A DNA stretch of 64,000 bases from Eledone cirrhosa (lineage: Eukaryota): assembly GCA_964016885.1 (NCBI GenBank), contig OZ024741.1:154504001-154568000 (forward strand), written 5' to 3'. The position numbers were made by a program, and so were the translations under genes. Each line of letters opens with the position of its first letter. The stretch's first letter is position 1. Under the pieces are notes generated by a model. The model searched no databases. It was not told where the DNA came from and was given only the letters and a program-made list of their open reading frames with translations. Of the stretch, positions 59,676-64,000 are shown in pieces.

Positions 59676-61690
59676 CTTACCTGTTGATTGAATGATATAC
59701 CTTACCTGTTGATTGAATATCTAGTTTACCTGTTGATTAAATATATAGTTCACCTGTTGATTGATTATACAGTTTACCTGTTGATTGAATGACATAGTTT
59801 ACCTGTTGACTGAATGATATAGTTCACCTGTTAATTAAATATATACTTTACCTGTTGATTGAATATGTAGCTTACCTGTTGATTGAATATATAGGCTATC
59901 TGTTGATTGAATATATAGGCTACCTGTTGATTGAATAAAAAGGCTACTTGTTGATTGAATATCAAGTTTACCTGTTGAGTGAATATCTAGTTTACCTATT
60001 GATTGAATATCTAGTTTACTTGTTGAGTGAATATCTAGTTTACCTGTTGATTGAATATCTAGTTTACCTGTTGAGTGAATATCTAGTTTACCTGTTGAGT
60101 GAATATCTAGTTTACCTGTTGATTGAATATCTAGTTTACTTGTTGATTGAATATCTAGTTTACCTGTTGATTGAATATCTAGTTTACCTGTTGAGTGAAT
60201 ATCTAGTTTACCTGTTGAGTGAATATCTAGTTTACCTGTTGATTGAATATCTAGTTTACCTGTTGATTATTAATTGAATATATAGGCTATCTGTTGATTG
60301 TTAATTGAATACATACTTTACCTGTTGATTGAATATATAGTTTACTTCTTGATTGAATATCTGTTGATTGTTAATTGAATACATACTTTACCTGTTGATT
60401 GAATATATAGTTTACTTCTTGATTGAATATATGCTTTACCTGTTGATTGAATATCTAGTTTACCTGTTGATTGAATATATAGTTTACCTGTTGATTGAAT
60501 GATATAGTTCACCTGTTAATTAAATATATACTTTACCTGTTGATTGAATATGTAGCTTACCTGTTGATTGAATATATAGGCTATCTGTTGATTGAATATA
60601 TAGGCTACCTGTTGATTGAATAAAAAGGCTACTTGTTGATTGAATATCTAGTTTACCTGTTGAGTGAATATCAAGTTTACCTGTTGAGTGAATATCTAGT
60701 TTACCTATTGATTGAATATCTAGTTTACTTGTTGAGTGAATATCTAGTTTACCTGTTGATTGAATATCTAGTTTACCTGTTGAGTGAATATCTAGTTTAC
60801 CTGTTGAGTGAATATCTAGTTTACCTGTTGATTGAATATCTAGTTTACTTGTTGATTGAATATCTAGTTTACCTGTTGATTGAATATCTAGTTTACCTGT
60901 TGAGTGAATATCTAGTTTACCTGTTGAGTGAATATCTAGTTTACCTGTTGATTGAATATCTAGTTTACCTGTTGATTATTAATTGAATATATAGGCTATC
61001 TGTTGATTGTTAATTGAATACATACTTTACCTGTTGATTGAATATATAGTTTACTTCTTGATTGAATATCTGTTGATTGTTAATTGAATACATACTTTAC
61101 CTGTTGATTGAATATATAGTTTACTTCTTGATTGAATATATGCTTTACCTGTTGATTGAATATCTAGTTTACCTGTTGATTGAATATATAGTTTACCTGT
61201 TGATTGAATGATATAGTTTACCTGTTGATTGAATGTCTAGTTAACTTGTTGATTGTTGAGTGAATATCTAGTTTACATGTTGATTGAACATATAGGCTAC
61301 CTGTTGATTGAATATCTAATTTACCTGTTGATTGTTAATTGAATATATAGGCTACCTGTTGATTGAATATAAGTTTTACCTGTTGATTGACTATATAGTT
61401 TACCTGTTGATTGAATATATACTTTACCTGTTGATTGTTAATTGAATATATAGGCTACCTGTTGATTGAATGTATAGTTCAGCTATTAATTAAATATATA
61501 CTTTACCTGTTGATTGAATATCTAGTTTACCTGTTGATTGAACATATAGTTTACCTGTTGATTGACTATCTAGTTTACCTGTTGATTGAATGACATAGTT
61601 TACCTGTTGACTGAATGATATAGTTTACCTCTTAATTATATCTAAGTTTTACCTGTTGTTTGAATGATATAGGTCATCAGTTAATTAAAT
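59676..61690. repeat. 24-bp satellite with ~700-bp higher-order duplication
   Basis: Unit ctagtttacctgttgattgaatat; block starting at ~59816 recurs at ~60501; scattered units continue to ~62735. Confidence 0.95.
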
Positions 61691-62445
61691 GTGTATAGTA
61701 TACCTGGCAGCAAATAGACAGAATCGTTAGAATGCCAGATGTAATGTTCTGTGCTATTTGTTTTGGGTTTCTGTCCTCTGAGTTCAAATCCCACCTTTGA
61801 GTTCAACTTTGCCTTTCATCCTTTAAAGATTGGTACATAAAGTTCCAGTTCAATACAGGAATCAATTTTTCCACAATATCTCTTTCTAACTTCTCTCTCT
61901 CTCTTTTTCACTATTTCTCTGTCTCTCTTTCTTTCTCCCCTCCCCTCTCTTCAGGGCTTATGAGAGGGGGTGGTCCAGCTGGTACTTAGTTTTGGGCCCA
62001 AGAGCTAAGAAGGCCTCTACAACAACCATGCAAAATCCATTTTGAGAAAAATCTTTGCCTGCTTCCGACCCTAAAGGGGTCTTGTACCACCTTGCAAAAT
62101 TTCTCTTGGTGGCCCTGCCCCTCTCTCTCTTCTCTGGTAGAAATTGGTTGTGTCCGACCAGGAGAGAGATCGGGCTCTGCCAGGTTTTAAAGGCCCATGG
62201 CATGCCATATGTTATGACAGTGCCTCTATAATACCATCAGGATTTAAGAGCATGCTTGCATGCAGGCATATACTTTATCTACTGATTATATATATAGTTC
62301 ACCTGTTGATTGAATATATAGTTCAGCTTTTGATTGATTAACATAGTATACCTGTTGACTGAATGTATAGTGCACCTGTTGACTGAATATATAGGCTACC
62401 TGTTGACTGAATATATAGTTTATATTTAAGTGCCAAACCCTTCCC

Positions 62446-62628
62446 CAGACCTGCCAACCTCTAAAAACCCAAACGGGGAGTACTATGAAAAAAAGTGCCC
62501 CAAAACAGGGAGAAATGAGGCAAAATGGGGAGATTTTACATAATGAAAGTTATACCCATTTTCACAAAAGAAGACATCTCTTATGGGTGGGAGATCTCCC
62601 CATCGGATGGGGAGAGTTGTCAGTTCTG
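62446..62628. mobile_element. hAT-like MITE
   Basis: Termini cagacctgccaac / gttgtcagttctg with subterminal gggaga motifs. Confidence 0.55.
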
Positions 62629-62959
62629 ATATAGGTCACTTGCTAATTGAATGACATAGCACACCTGTTGATTGAATGATATAGTTCACCTGTTGATTGA
62701 CTGACATCATACACCTGTTGATTGAATGACATACATTTGAAACCAACTTTTACAGTGGTCTGTTTCATCTCTCTGTTAACCTCATAACCATACACCCATG
62801 ATATCACACTAATAATCTCATACACAGATGATATCACACCCACAAGTACCCATGGTAGCACAGTCACAACACCCAGTGTATCACACTCAACACATGATAT
62901 CATTCCTCAGATGCTGCTGCACAACTATTCCAACCTTATACAATCACCTGCAAGCTTGA

Positions 62960-63340
62960 CTCCAGAACAGACTGACACAGACGCCCACACAGACATATAT
63001 ATACATACATATACATAGACACATATACAAACACACACCCACACCTACGCCAACAAATATCACAATAAACACATACAGCACACAGAAACATGCACACTTA
63101 CACAGATACACATACACACACACATACCTACATAGAGCACACATACACCTACACACCAACACACAGACACACATCACACAGAAACACACATATACACCAA
63201 CACACAGACACACACACAGGCCCACATCAACACAGAGGCACTCACACGAACACACAGACACACACACAGACATACACCAACACACAGGCTCATACAAATA
63301 CACAGACATACACACATACCAACACACAGACACACACATC

Positions 63341-63393
<53 letters not shown>

Positions 63394-64000
63394 CAACACA
63401 CAGACGCACACACCAACACAGAGACACACACACACACACATGCCAACACACCAAGACTGGCCCACACCAGTACACAGACGCACACACCAACACAGAGACA
63501 CACACACATGCCAACACACCAAGACTGGCCCACACCAGTACACAGGCACACACACCAACACAGATACACACACAAACACACAGGCTCACACTAACACACA
63601 GACAGACAGACAGACACACACACACACCAACACACAGAGGCACACCACTTACCAACACACAGACACACACACCAACACACAGGCACACACACACATGCCA
63701 ACACACCAAGACTGGCCACCACCAGTACACGGACACACACACTCACTCAGATACACACACAAACACAGGCTCACACTAACACACAGACACACACACACAC
63801 ACACACACCAACACAGAGGCACACACACACAGACCAACAGACACACACACACACAAACACACAGACTCACACTAACACACAATCAGACAGACACACACAC
63901 ACCAACACACAGACACACACACAGGCCTATACAAACACATAGATGCCTACTCAGACATACACCTACACACGAATGCCTACACATATGCACACCAACACAC
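62960..64000. repeat. CA-rich minisatellite / low-complexity tract
   Basis: (CA)n with recurring acatgccaacacaccaagactggcccacaccagtacac. Confidence 0.9.

Noticed and set aside
59948-60986. ORFs of repeating LLIEYLVY and a CRISPR-like periodic look
   Set aside because: 24-bp head-to-tail satellite with no unique spacers; the ORFs arise because the unit length is a multiple of three

Overview
This window is eukaryotic, repeat-dominated DNA, probably intronic or intergenic. The (TA)n-rich background and the SINE/RTE repertoire suggest a cephalopod (octopus-like) genome, which is an inference. There is no confident host gene and no rRNA, tRNA or CRISPR array. The centrepiece is a young Penelope-like retroelement locus (43496-50230) inserted in (TA)n. 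It has an intact 1224-codon RT + GIY-YIG ORF, a partial-tandem layout, an inverted 5' segment and three identical hammerhead ribozymes. Reading both strands by hand gives about 20 type I hammerhead (HHR) motifs from at least ten sequence families. They range from minimal forms with palindromic stem III to forms with large stem II inserts. Many lie in short non-coding palindromes or partial tandems, including a ~437-bp retrozyme-like unit at 29480-30186. The rest is RTE, R4/Dong-like, Tx1 and CR1 LINE fragments, two tRNA-derived SINE families whose tails match LINEs in the window, a full-length DD37D (maT) transposon, mariner remnants, piggyBac/hAT-type MITEs, a non-autonomous Helitron, a 24-bp satellite and low-complexity tracts. 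Structures were paired by eye, and boundaries of decayed elements are approximate.
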